From Candidatus Moraniibacteriota bacterium (GTDB lineage: Bacteria; Patescibacteriota; Minisyncoccia; Moranbacterales; UBA2206), in the NCBI GenBank assembly GCA_049297495.1, contig JBAQUL010000014.1:6359-70358 (forward strand): a DNA stretch of 64,000 bases. The letters are read 5' to 3'. The position numbers and the translations under genes are program-made. Within the stretch, counting starts at the first letter, position 1. Every line of letters begins with the position of its first letter. This document shows positions 8,634-18,471 of the stretch, one piece after another. Under the pieces are notes generated by a model. The model made no database searches, was not told the DNA's origin, and saw only the letters and a list, made by a program, of their open reading frames with translations.

Positions 8634-9797
8634 TTATAATTCTTTTTCTTCAATGGCATCTCCCTCCCGTAATTGATATTGTCCTTCAATAACAACCCTC
8701 TCTCCCTCACTAATTCCAGAAAGCACCTCTCGTTGCTCTCCCGATGACTCGCCCAGTGTTATCTTTTTTTTCGCAACAACTCCATCATTTTTCGCGACAT
8801 ACAAAAAAGTATCATCATACTCGAAAAGAATGGATTTCTCGGGAATAAGCATGGCTTTTCGCATATTTCCAGACGAAACAACCACACTCACATATTGTCC
8901 AAGAGAAAGCAGCTCACTCTCTTTGGAATCGGCAAATCTAATTTTTAAATTCGACTTTTGAGTCGCACTCCCCGTCCCGTGGGAAGCAGAAAAAACATAT
9001 CCCGGAATCGTTAATCCGGTCTGCCCTTCAGCGTTCACAATTACCGCATCTCCCTTGGAAAGCTTCTCACTGATTGCCCCAGGCACAGAAAGACTTATTT
9101 CCAGATCCGCTGGAGATGAAATGGCATAAAGAGGAGTTCCGGGCGCAGCAAACGACCCAACTGAAGCATATTTTTTAGTAATAACGCCTGAAAAAGGCGC
9201 AACAATCGTTGAATTTTTAGCAGCCATATGCGCCACAAGCTCACCTCCTTGGGCAGCGGCAACATTAGCTTTTGCCCCGGCATTCTGCAAGTCGCGCATT
9301 TTTTTTGCACTACTCACCGCTTCTTCTCCGATCTTAACGTCTTTCTTGGTAGCGTCTCCATCAGAATAGCTTTCTTTAGTTTTTTTAAGCATTGTCTTGG
9401 CTTCATCGACTTTTTGATCATAGAAATTGCTCGTTTCTTCAAGCGTCTTATTAATTGCATTCACTGAAAGCATAGCGCTTTTCTCCATAGCCATAAGCTC
9501 ACTGCCATCAAGCACTGCGAGTATCTCTCCTGATTGAACTGCCTCACCTTCCTCCTTGAGCATTTTTGTCACATAGCCACCGACTTTTGGAGAAACATCA
9601 GTTTGCTTCACGCCAGTGACAAACCCGGAAAATACTTCCGTTGAACGAAAGTCAGACACTACCGCGTCAATCATTCTGACGTTTTTTGTCGCAGAACCAC
9701 CAACCTTCTTTTCTTCCCCCCTGGCGGATAAGCTGGTCCAAACAAAATAGACAACCAGAGAAAAAACCAAAACAACGACAATATTTTTTTTATTCAT
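8634..9797 (-). CDS. Efflux RND periplasmic adaptor / membrane-fusion protein (HlyD/biotin-lipoyl-like)
   Basis: N-terminal TM, lipoyl-like and beta-barrel segments. Positioned immediately upstream of the RND permease. Confidence 0.75.
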   Translation of the reverse strand: MNKKNIVVVLVFSLVVYFVWTSLSARGEEKKVGGSATKNVRMIDAVVSDFRSTEVFSGFVTGVKQTDVSPKVGGYVTKMLKEEGEAVQSGEILAVLDGSELMAMEKSAMLSVNAINKTLEETSNFYDQKVDEAKTMLKKTKESYSDGDATKKDVKIGEEAVSSAKKMRDLQNAGAKANVAAAQGGELVAHMAAKNSTIVAPFSGVITKKYASVGSFAAPGTPLYAISSPADLEISLSVPGAISEKLSKGDAVIVNAEGQTGLTIPGYVFSASHGTGSATQKSNLKIRFADSKESELLSLGQYVSVVVSSGNMRKAMLIPEKSILFEYDDTFLYVAKNDGVVAKKKITLGESSGEQREVLSGISEGERVVIEGQYQLREGDAIEEKEL

Positions 9798-9806
9798 AGT
9801 GATTTA

Positions 9807-10049
9807 TTATTTTTTGATTATTTCTTTCAATAATTTTCCTAATTTCTCCTTGTCACTAACTTTCATCTTTGCGGCACAATCCATTAAATTTTGCTCAGTA
9901 TATTGAATCATTACTCGTTCAAAAGAAGCTTTAGCCGCTTTCATTTGGATAAGCACGGAAAAACATTCATTTTTTCCTGAGAGCATTTTTTTTATTCCTT
10001 CGAGTTGTCCAATCACGTTATTAATTAATTGCTCGTTACTTTTTTGCAT
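9807..10049 (-). CDS. csoR: CsoR/RcnR-family metal-sensing transcriptional repressor
   Basis: 80-aa all-helical protein with conserved Cys (NECFSV) and C-terminal Cys/His positions as in CsoR. Adjacent to copA. Confidence 0.7.
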   Translation of the reverse strand: MQKSNEQLINNVIGQLEGIKKMLSGKNECFSVLIQMKAAKASFERVMIQYTEQNLMDCAAKMKVSDKEKLGKLLKEIIKK

Positions 10050-10089
10050 ATTTTTTATTATTATTACTTAGTGATTCGAAGTTTAGCAT

Positions 10090-10106
10090 ACACCCCCAGG
10101 GGGTGT
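10090..10106. promoter_or_regulatory. Perfect GC-rich inverted repeat ACACCCCCAGGGGGTGT; candidate CsoR operator overlapping a TTGACA -35 (minus strand) upstream of csoR
   Basis: 8-bp perfect arms. Resembles known CsoR operators (pseudo-palindromes of C-tract/G-tract). The minus-strand TTGACA at 10104-10109 overlaps it. Confidence 0.45.
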
Positions 10107-10197
10107 CAAGGGTTTATGTTAAAAAACTTCAAACCCCACAAAAAAAGCCCTCCCCCATCTCCGCAGGAAGCGCTTTTATTGAAAAAATCTAATATTG

Positions 10198-12389
10198 CTA
10201 TTTCGAAACCCTAAGACTATTCAAAACCACCGAGACCGAACTAAAAGACATTGCGGCGGCGGCAATGGCAGGTGTCAGAAAGCCCATCATGGCAAGAGGA
10301 ATCGCTATGACGTTGTAAGAAAATGCCCAAAACAGATTTTGTCTGATAGCTCGAAATGTTTTTCGAGAAATCAAGATTGCTTCAACCACCTTATTAAGAT
10401 TATTTTCCAGCATCACAATTTGCCCCGCTTCTTTGGCAATATCCATCGCACTGCCCATGGCAATTCCGAGATCAGCTGCAATGAGGCTTGGCGCGTCATT
10501 GATTCCATCACCGACAAAAACCACTTTTTCTCCTTGGATTTGAAATTGCTTAATCGCTTCCAACTTTTCATGAGGCATGACTTCAGCGATAACTTTATCA
10601 ATCCCTAATTTTTTTGCCACGACGCGAGCCACAACCATGCGATCACCAGATATCATCCCCACTTTCAGATGCATCTTTTTCAAAGTTGCAATGACATCCT
10701 TAGCCTCATCGCGAATCTCATCTTCAATGAGAAACGCGCCAAGAACCACTCCATCGCACGCCACAAAGAGCAATGCGCCAGCCTGATTGCTCGGCGCTTC
10801 TTCCATCTCAGCTACCCAGGAACTACTCAACTTATTTTCCGTAATTATTTTTGCATTACCCAGGTACACGCGTCTATTTTGGCTATCCACACCAGAAAGA
10901 CCACGACCCTTATCTTCCTTGATATTTTCAAGCACATTTCCATTGGCAACCAAATTCATAGTATTAGCATAGGCTACAATTGCTTTGGAATAGGGATGTT
11001 CAGAATTAAGCGCCAGATCATAAGCCAAACTCAAAAGATCAGCCTTAACCTCTTTTGCTTTGGGATTTATGAGCACTTCTCTGACAGCTGGTTTTCCTTT
11101 GGTAAGCGTTCCGGTCTTATCAAAAAGCACCATTGAAATATCTTTGATTCTCTCAAAGCTCTCTCCACTTTTAAAAAGAATTCCTTGTTTTGCCCCGCGT
11201 CCCGCTCCTACCATAATCGCAGTTGGCGTCGCAAGTCCAAGCGCACAAGGGCAAGCAATGACCAGAACCGAAACAGCATAAATAATCGCTCTCATCATCT
11301 CATGTGCGATCAATGACCAACCTAGAAAAGTCAAAAATGCAAGAATGAGAACTGTCGGCACAAAAATCCGGGAAGTTTTATCGGCCAATTTTTGAATCGG
11401 CGTTTTGGAATTTTGCGCCTCCTCCACTGTTCGGATGATTTGCGCCAGCGCCGTTCCTTCCCCTGTTTGCGCCACACGCACTTTCAATATTCCATCCTCA
11501 TTGAGCATTGCACCAAAAACATAATCTCCCACTTTCTTTTCCACTAAGAGTGACTCACCAGTCAGCATGGATTCGTCAACAGCCGACTGTCCATCAACCA
11601 CAAATCCATCAAGCGGAATTTTTTCTCCTGGGCGCACGACTACGACGTCCCCAATCTTTAATTCCGAAATTTCCACCTCTTTTTCCTCACCGCTAACCAG
11701 AATACGTGCCCGCTTCGCACCAAGTTCCATGAGACGACGCATCGCTTCGCCAGTTTTTTGCACACTAATATCCTCTAAATATTTTCCCAAAAGGATAAAC
11801 ATGATGATGGCAGCTGCCGTCTCAAAGTAGTCTTTTTGACCATTGAAAACCGCCCAGAGACTGAAAAAATAGGCCACCAATGTCCCCATGGAAATCAAAC
11901 TATCCATATTTGCCTCTCCTTTTCTCACCTGAAGAAAGGCCATGCGATGAAATGGCCAACCAAGGATAAATACAACGATTGCCGCCAATCCGACATGCGT
12001 CCACATAACCAAATCAAGTCCGAAAAGCATAATTCCGAATTTAAATTTCCAAACCATCCCAAGTAGAATTGGAAAAGAAAAAATTACAGACAAAATAAAA
12101 CGGACTTTCACATTGCCAAACAGCTCGTTCTTATACTGAGCATATTTATTGACTATCTGATATCTGCGAGAACGTTCTCCGCCAATTCCATAGCCATTGG
12201 AAAGAATGATTTTTTTCACATCACTCTCATTAAGTAGCTTTTCGTCATATTCCACCAAAGCCTTTCTGGTCGCGAAATTAATGGAAGCTTTTTTGATCCC
12301 TGGCGTCTTGGAAAGCGCCCGCTCATTGCTGGCACTGCAACTAGCACAAGTCATCCCGGTTATTTCAAAAATGATTTTTTTATTTGGCA
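10198..12389 (-). CDS. copA: Copper-translocating P1B-type ATPase
   Basis: N-terminal HMA GMTCASC, CPC in TM6, DKTGT phosphorylation site, HP and GDGINDAP motifs. The ORF-track N-terminal extension (to 12513) runs into a repeat element and is rejected; start taken at [18 protein letters not shown]. Confidence 0.9.
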
Positions 12390-12444
12390 TATGTTTAATT
12401 AAACTAATTAATCCCACCTCTAGACTTCTATCCCTAAATAAAGA

Positions 12445-12592
12445 TGTCATCCTGAGCGGAGTTCGTACTCGGACGCAGTCGAAGGATCTGCTTACGATAA
12501 TCCTAGTTTTCACGATTTATTACAAAACCTGCGATAACCTAGAGCAGATTCTTCGACTTCTCCGCCAGCTGGCGGATTCGCTCAGAATGACA
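12445..12592. repeat. MITE-like element family F1 (TGTCATCCTGAGCG...CGCTCAGAATGACA terminal inverted repeats), copy 1
   Basis: ~148 nt with 14-16-bp terminal inverted repeats and internal stems (cgaaggatct/agatccttcg; ccgccagctggcgg). Four copies at 12445, 14009, 44515 and 46982. Confidence 0.7.
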
Positions 12593-12614
12593 AAAATAAA
12601 GACAACGCCAACCC

Positions 12615-13979
12615 CTATTCCACAATAAACTTCCCTCGCACCATTCCCATCCAACAACTAAACGGGATTTCTCCAACCTTGTCCGGGGTAAAATTAACAA
12701 TATTATCACCAGAACTTAGGGCTTGCGAGATTCCCAAACTTGGAACAATGATTTTATTAGTACAACCTGTAATACTATCCCCTTTTATAACCCAGCGAAC
12801 CGGCACGCCTTTTTTCAGACGCAAAACATTTGGTGAAAAACCGGCGCTAGTTACATGCATCTCGACCAGTTGCTCAGTTGCGTCAGTTTTCACATTTTGT
12901 GACTGATTTTTCCCATCATTTTTTCCAGCGTTACTTGGGCGACTGAACAAATTTTCAGAAGCGCCAACTAAAGCTAGCCCGGAATTAAAAGTATAAAAGG
13001 CAAAAAGGACAATCAGCATCCCGGCCACTTTCTGAAATATAGCAGCATTTTTGCTTTTACTCCAAGCAGTTGTCACGCCGAGCGCGAGCAGTGACGGCAC
13101 AGTGCCAAGCGCAAAGAGAAGCATCCCCAAGCCCCCGCGCATAAAGCTACCAGACGCAATCGCCAGAATTTGCATACTCTGTGTGAAACCGCAAGGCAGA
13201 AAAAAGGTCATTACACCCAAGAGAAATGGCGCCGCCGGATTTTCTGACTTTTTTAGTTTGCCCCATGGGGAACTAAAAAATCTCGGCATCCGCATACCAA
13301 GGCTCGCAATATCAGGAAATAGTCCCAAAATATTGAGGCCTAAAATCGCAAGCACGATGGCAATGATTATGGTATAGATCGCGATAAAATTGCCACTAAT
13401 ATTTATCCCACCACCAATCGCGCCAAGTAGTCCACCGAGCACGAAAAAACCACCCAGTCTGCCGAAATGAAAAAATAGATTTGGCTTCACGGCGCCACTC
13501 AAAAATCCATTTTTCTCTCCTCGATATTTTTCCGAAAAAGCAATTACCACTGATCCGACCACCACCAAACAACTAGAAACAGAAGCAACGAGACCAATCA
13601 AAAACGCTGTGCCCAAATCAGCACCCGCTCCAGTCACGCCGATTTTTTGCCCAAGACTGGAATTTTCAAACAGTCTGAAAGCAACTATACCAAGAACGAC
13701 AAGGGCAACCGCCCAAAGCCAAGATTGCCAAGAACTTTTTTGAACTGGCCCAGCAGACGCACCTTCTTTTTCTTGCGATGCAACGTAACCAAATTTTTCC
13801 GCTATCTTTTTGACCTCGAAAAAATCCGGCTCGGCCTTATCATAATCCAGTTCCACAATGCCTTTTTTCCGATCCGCCCGAACGTGCAGAACACCGGGAA
13901 TATTCAAAAGCTCATCGTCAAGTAGCTTTTCGCAACTGACGCAGTGCATGCCTTTGATATAGATTATTTTTGTTTGCAT
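12615..13979 (-). CDS. HMA-domain / polytopic permease (TauE-like?) / C-terminal cupredoxin-like domain fusion protein; probable metal (Cu) handling
   Basis: N-terminal GMHCVSC HMA motif, about 8 TM helices, and a C-terminal beta domain ending FSCWMGMVRGKF (Cys/Met-rich cupredoxin-like). Start trimmed to MQTKIIYIKGMHC because the upstream extension enters an F1 repeat. Confidence 0.6.
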   Translation of the reverse strand: MQTKIIYIKGMHCVSCEKLLDDELLNIPGVLHVRADRKKGIVELDYDKAEPDFFEVKKIAEKFGYVASQEKEGASAGPVQKSSWQSWLWAVALVVLGIVAFRLFENSSLGQKIGVTGAGADLGTAFLIGLVASVSSCLVVVGSVVIAFSEKYRGEKNGFLSGAVKPNLFFHFGRLGGFFVLGGLLGAIGGGINISGNFIAIYTIIIAIVLAILGLNILGLFPDIASLGMRMPRFFSSPWGKLKKSENPAAPFLLGVMTFFLPCGFTQSMQILAIASGSFMRGGLGMLLFALGTVPSLLALGVTTAWSKSKNAAIFQKVAGMLIVLFAFYTFNSGLALVGASENLFSRPSNAGKNDGKNQSQNVKTDATEQLVEMHVTSAGFSPNVLRLKKGVPVRWVIKGDSITGCTNKIIVPSLGISQALSSGDNIVNFTPDKVGEIPFSCWMGMVRGKFIVE

Positions 13980-14008
13980 AATTTTATGATTACAAGACTT
14001 ACGCGCTT

Positions 14009-14168
14009 GAATTAGATTTGTCATCCTGAGCGAAGTCCTGTACTCAGGACGTAGCCGAAGGATCTACTAACCGTAACCCATGTCTTCCTATTTCATAACC
14101 AGACTTGAGATGATAGCAAGCAGATCCTTCGACTTCTCCGCCAGCTGGCGGATTCGCTCAGGATGACA
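14009..14168. repeat. MITE-like element family F1, copy 2
   Basis: tgtcatcctgagcgaagtcctgtactcaggac...ccgccagctggcggattcgctcaggatgaca, with perfect 16-bp terminal inverted repeats. Confidence 0.7.
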
Positions 14169-14217
14169 GAGGTTGGTTATTTTTTCGGCAAACGCATAAG
14201 TTATAAATTAAAAAAAA

Positions 14218-14487
14218 TTATTTGCTCATTTTATTTAGTTGCAAAATCTCATCAATCATTTGTTGTTTTCTTTTTTCATTCGTACCTTTCATGGCCCCTA
14301 TAAAGCAACTATTGAGATGGCGCGCCAAGAGTTTGTCATTGGCCGCTTTCAAAAGTCCCATCACTGCCAGATTTTGCTGCATAATCGAAACGCAATATTC
14401 CCCACCTTCCACCATCGCAATCACTTTGGCCAAATGCGTCCGCGCCTTTTTGAGACCAATTAAAATCTGCCCATCTTCTTTTTGCAT
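14218..14487 (-). CDS. Second CsoR/RcnR/FrmR-family metal-sensing repressor
   Basis: 89-aa helical protein with YCVSIMQQ and HLNSC motifs matching the CsoR-family metal ligands. Confidence 0.65.
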   Translation of the reverse strand: MQKEDGQILIGLKKARTHLAKVIAMVEGGEYCVSIMQQNLAVMGLLKAANDKLLARHLNSCFIGAMKGTNEKRKQQMIDEILQLNKMSK

Positions 14488-14576
14488 ATTGATATAAATT
14501 TAAAATTATTATAATTCGTATTTTTTGAAATTGGAAATTAGGATTTTGAAATTTACCAGACCTCCCCCCTAGGTAT

Positions 14577-14605
14577 AATATACACCCGCCCTAAAATGTT
14601 GTCAA
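14577..14605 (-). promoter_or_regulatory. Sigma70-like promoter on the minus strand (TTGACA-17-TATATT) for csoR-like gene 14218..14487, overlapping a CCTAGGGGGGAGG C/G-tract
   Basis: Minus-strand TTGACA at 14605-14600 and TATATT at 14582-14577. The G/C tract at 14561-14573 is a possible operator. Confidence 0.3.
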
Positions 14606-14640
14606 ATGAAAAAGCATTGATACTGAATCAATGCTTTTCA
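14606..14640. terminator. Hairpin aagcattgat-actga-atcaatgctt (10-bp perfect stem) downstream of the EamA gene
   Basis: Perfect inverted repeat followed by a T-rich run on the minus strand. Confidence 0.4.
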
Positions 14641-14672
14641 GTCTATCTCTGCTCTTAGATAAGCCCATTTTA

Positions 14673-15518
14673 TCACTTCAACAAAATCACCCCCACTGCA
14701 GCGATAATGGCGCCAAAAATTTTGAGTGGGATTTTCTCTCTTTCTCGTAAAAAAATAACCGCCAAGATTACCGTGAGAATAATTTCTGCCCGAAAGAGTG
14801 GTGCCATCTGCGAAGCATTAGCACCCATATTCAGGGCTACGTAATAGCAAATCGCTTGGATTCCATAGAAAAAACAATACAGCGACAAATTTTTGACGTA
14901 AGTTGCGTTAATATAGCTCTTGAGTTTAGTCACTACCCTTGGATTAAACAGCAAAAGGATTATTCCTGGGAGCAGTGACATTACTGGCGTATATGACACG
15001 GCGTCATAGGTTTTCAAGATATGTGTGTCACTAACCACCGCTACTGCATAACACGACCCACCGAGTAGTCCCAGCCACGTCCCCCGCCTTCCTGAAAGAC
15101 TGGTTTTTTTCTGAACAATAATAATTGCAATGAGAATTAGCGCTGTTCCCAAGACTTGTCTCAAAGAAAATGGTTCGCCCAAAAAGATGATCCCTCCGGC
15201 AATCGTGATAATTGCGCTAAAAGCTGTGAGAATCGCCAACTCTGAGGCTTCAATCTCTTTGATCGCTTTGAAAATGAGAAATGTACCGGCTGCATAGAAC
15301 ACGGCGCTATTGAGGAAATACAAGGGAAACTGGGAAAATGGTGGTGCGTGGAATCCATAGAAAAAGGCAAAAACACCGGTGATGAGCGTCAGCACGAGTT
15401 GAAAAAAGATTCCCGCTGCCAGTGGGTCACTCTCAGTTTCTCGCATCGCCAACTTTTGATAGATGTTAGCAATCGCGATGGCAAAAATTGAAATTAATGC
15501 GAAAATAAACCAGGTCAT
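14673..15518 (-). CDS. DMT superfamily transporter (two EamA domains)
   Basis: 281 aa with 10 predicted TM helices and EamA-like repeats. Confidence 0.7.
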   Translation of the reverse strand: MTWFIFALISIFAIAIANIYQKLAMRETESDPLAAGIFFQLVLTLITGVFAFFYGFHAPPFSQFPLYFLNSAVFYAAGTFLIFKAIKEIEASELAILTAFSAIITIAGGIIFLGEPFSLRQVLGTALILIAIIIVQKKTSLSGRRGTWLGLLGGSCYAVAVVSDTHILKTYDAVSYTPVMSLLPGIILLLFNPRVVTKLKSYINATYVKNLSLYCFFYGIQAICYYVALNMGANASQMAPLFRAEIILTVILAVIFLREREKIPLKIFGAIIAAVGVILLK

Positions 15519-15919
15519 TTGTTTGCTTCAGCTAACATATTTTTTAGTCCGGAAACAATATCGTCAATTTTGTCATATTCAATTATCAAATCAGCGATAC
15601 CTTTTGCGGTGTCTTTTAATAAAGTCCCTTTCTTTGCGATCACAATTATTTTTTTGCCCATCGAGAAAGCCATCCCGGCTTCAATAGCGCGACCGGTTGA
15701 TTTATCCGTGAGATCAATGAGCAATGCGTCGCAACCACTTATTTCTTGCCTTGCGCGTATCATTAACTCTCGTGAGTCATCAAAAATTTTTTGATAATTT
15801 TCAACGTCTCGAATAAAACAAAAATCTTCGAAACCAGCCTCTCTCACTAGATTGCAAAGATGTTCTATTTCTAACTTGTTTTCTCCCTGTCTAAATTGAG
15901 CAGTGATAAATATTTTCAT
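15515..15919 (-). CDS. Nucleoside 2-deoxyribosyltransferase-like (Rossmann-like) family protein
   Basis: 134 aa. The motif DLTDKSTGRAIEAGMAFSMGKKIIVI resembles PF05014-type proteins. Confidence 0.45.
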   Translation of the reverse strand: MKIFITAQFRQGENKLEIEHLCNLVREAGFEDFCFIRDVENYQKIFDDSRELMIRARQEISGCDALLIDLTDKSTGRAIEAGMAFSMGKKIIVIAKKGTLLKDTAKGIADLIIEYDKIDDIVSGLKNMLAEANK

Positions 15920-16006
15920 AAGTTTATACTAGAGAATTTTGTGACCCACTTTAATATAATATCCGCGAAAGCTTTTTCCTTTTTGTCATAGCTTAGTCAT
16001 TTCCAC

Positions 16007-16873
16007 CTATTTGACCGTGCCGAGAATTATGATTCCCCCAATCGCTAACCCTGCTGAAATCAGTTTCTTTATTATGCCTTCGGTATGCTTTAAAACAAAA
16101 AACTCAAACAAAATAATTAAAAATATCTGAGAATTATTTATTGCGTCAACGCGCCCAACTTCTCCTCCAAATTTATAGGCAGTGAAAGTGAAGAAGTTAA
16201 ATAGAAAATAGCCTATGCCGGAAATAATAATCGGTCGGTACGCATTCAATTTTTTTCCTTTAATAGAATTTATCACACTCCTGCCTCCCAAGACAAGCCC
16301 CCATAGTGCAACCATAGTAAAGGCCCAAAAGATATACACCAACGGATGAATATCCAGTATTATACTTTTGTCCAAAGTATAAGAAATACCAAAAATAACA
16401 CTCGCCGCCAAACCATAGAAATGATTCTTCTCCAAAATAGCATTCTTATAGTTTGCCACAACAATAGCAACCAAAATAAGTCCGATTCCTATGAATTTTA
16501 AATAACTCGTCGATTCGGAAAAAAAGATAATTCCCAAAGAAGTTGAAACTATCGCTGAGAAAGAGATGAAAATTGCAGAAATACTGATATTTTTCACCTT
16601 AAAACTTTTGAGATACAGCACCATTGATATAGAGGAAATGAAGGTTACCAAAAGAACTTTAGGAAAAATGGTTGGGTTAAAAATAGAAAAAACTTGATTT
16701 GATATCCCAAGCATGAAAAGAAAAGGTATGGTTATGATTGATTGAACCAGAAAAGTCAAAACAGCACTTGCTCTCTCGCCAAATGCATTTTTCATATTCA
16801 ATAGATGCTGCTGAGTCAATTCCGCTACTGCTAAGGCAAAAATCGAAAGGATACTAAAAGTAAACCAAGTCAT
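16007..16873 (-). CDS. DMT/EamA-like transporter paralog
   Basis: 288 aa with 10 TM helices, similar to neighbours at 14673 and 16918. Confidence 0.6.
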   Translation of the reverse strand: MTWFTFSILSIFALAVAELTQQHLLNMKNAFGERASAVLTFLVQSIITIPFLFMLGISNQVFSIFNPTIFPKVLLVTFISSISMVLYLKSFKVKNISISAIFISFSAIVSTSLGIIFFSESTSYLKFIGIGLILVAIVVANYKNAILEKNHFYGLAASVIFGISYTLDKSIILDIHPLVYIFWAFTMVALWGLVLGGRSVINSIKGKKLNAYRPIIISGIGYFLFNFFTFTAYKFGGEVGRVDAINNSQIFLIILFEFFVLKHTEGIIKKLISAGLAIGGIIILGTVK

Positions 16874-16917
16874 TTATTTCGTAATAATATCAATTAAATT
16901 TCCCCAAAAAAAACCGC

Positions 16918-17808
16918 TCAATAAACCATAACAAAAATTCCCAAGATAACGATAACGGCTGCGATTATTTTTTTCGCAAGACCACTTTTTTCTTTATGCA
17001 TAACCGAAGCCACCAAAACATTCAAAAGAACGGACGTCGCCAAAAGCGGTGCTATAAAGATAATTTCGGCGGCCTGCAGAGCGCGAATACTAAAAAGGAG
17101 TAGCAGTCCCCAAGAAATTCCTGTAATTATATAATATTTCTGCCTATTTGATTTAAACTCTTTGCTAATCTCACCTAGAGAATGCCTCCCAGTTAAAAAA
17201 ATAAAGCCACCGGGAATGATAAGCGTGAGCATGACATAGAATGGCAAGTTGAATTGTTTTGAAATGCCCACATCAATCATTAGCGCTGTCGCCATAAAAA
17301 AAGAAGCCGTCACACTCAAAATTACATTTTTATTAAACTTTAGCTTCCCCTTGCGATAAAACAAAAGCACATTTCCCAAAAGGATTAGTCCGCCACCAAC
17401 CAATTTATTCATAACAACCGGCTCATGAAAAAGTGTAATGCCGTACAAAACCATGAAAACCTTGGACAACTGATTTAGAATTGTATATACAGAAACATCC
17501 AAGTTTTTGCGTACCGTTGTCTGCATCCGATCATTGATTGCATAAAAAATCGTAGCTAGCAAAAGTAGCAAATAGATCCACAAATCGTTTGGGAATCGAA
17601 AGGAAAAAAAGGGCACAAAAAAGAGCACGCTGATTCCTGCTACTAGTTGCAAAATTATAGTTGAAGCCCCTTCGCATTGGGTTTCTTTGACGGCTAATTT
17701 ATAGAACTGAATAAGTAAGACTGAAAAAACCAAGCTCATCGCCAGATTAAATTGCCACGAATCAAAAATTATTTTCAATAACTCCATATATCCTATCTGT
17801 AGCATCAA
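16918..17808 (-). CDS. DMT/EamA-like transporter paralog
   Basis: 296-aa polytopic membrane protein with a duplicated 5-TM architecture. Confidence 0.55.
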   Translation of the reverse strand: MMLQIGYMELLKIIFDSWQFNLAMSLVFSVLLIQFYKLAVKETQCEGASTIILQLVAGISVLFFVPFFSFRFPNDLWIYLLLLLATIFYAINDRMQTTVRKNLDVSVYTILNQLSKVFMVLYGITLFHEPVVMNKLVGGGLILLGNVLLFYRKGKLKFNKNVILSVTASFFMATALMIDVGISKQFNLPFYVMLTLIIPGGFIFLTGRHSLGEISKEFKSNRQKYYIITGISWGLLLLFSIRALQAAEIIFIAPLLATSVLLNVLVASVMHKEKSGLAKKIIAAVIVILGIFVMVY

Positions 17809-18452
17809 TTAAACTTCTTCCAAACTCCTTCGGAAATTATCTCTATTTTCCCATCCTCAATTTTAATCGCCGAATTATCATCAAGGGCATAGAAAGTCTC
17901 TGGGAAATCCTTGGCGATTTTTTCCAGGTTTTCCAAATTCAAGCCTGAAAAATATGGAGAATTTAGGTGTGGTCGAATTTGAAAATCCACAAGACCCAAT
18001 CCGTTTTCGTCTTCATGTTCATATTCGCCTTGATAATAAAGCTTAAGAAATGAGTTTTTCCGTGAAGTCACCATTGCTCCGGCGCTAATTCCCACATAAA
18101 CTTTAGTTTTGAGCATTTCTGGCAACAATTCTTTTAGGCCAGATTTTTCCAGCCAATGCATTAAATGAAAAGTATTTCCACCCTCGAACATAAGCACGTC
18201 TGCCACTTGAAGACGCGGAAACCAAAGATCCCTGGGAATAGCCGAAATGTCGACAATATCAATTGATTTAAACCCGAGATTCTTGCAATAAATCAAATCA
18301 TTAATCACCCAATCTTTATCACCCTCTTCCACATTAGACGCCGTCGGGATAAACGCCAAGTTAAGTTCCGAAAACGGTCGTTCAGTCAACTCCAAAAGAG
18401 CATTGGAGATTGATTTATTAGACAATCCTGCTGATGTGAGGAGTAGTTTCAT
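17805..18452 (-). CDS. pepE: Peptidase S51 (dipeptidase E / cyanophycinase-like)
   Basis: GGNTFHL and GISAG motifs of the S51 family. Confidence 0.7.
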   Translation of the reverse strand: MKLLLTSAGLSNKSISNALLELTERPFSELNLAFIPTASNVEEGDKDWVINDLIYCKNLGFKSIDIVDISAIPRDLWFPRLQVADVLMFEGGNTFHLMHWLEKSGLKELLPEMLKTKVYVGISAGAMVTSRKNSFLKLYYQGEYEHEDENGLGLVDFQIRPHLNSPYFSGLNLENLEKIAKDFPETFYALDDNSAIKIEDGKIEIISEGVWKKFN

Positions 18453-18471
18453 GGATTTGATTTAGTGGATC

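Noticed and set aside
12390-12513. N-terminal 41-codon extension of copA in the ORF track
   Set aside because: The extension translates an F1 repeat element. A canonical start ([18 protein letters not shown]) exists downstream.
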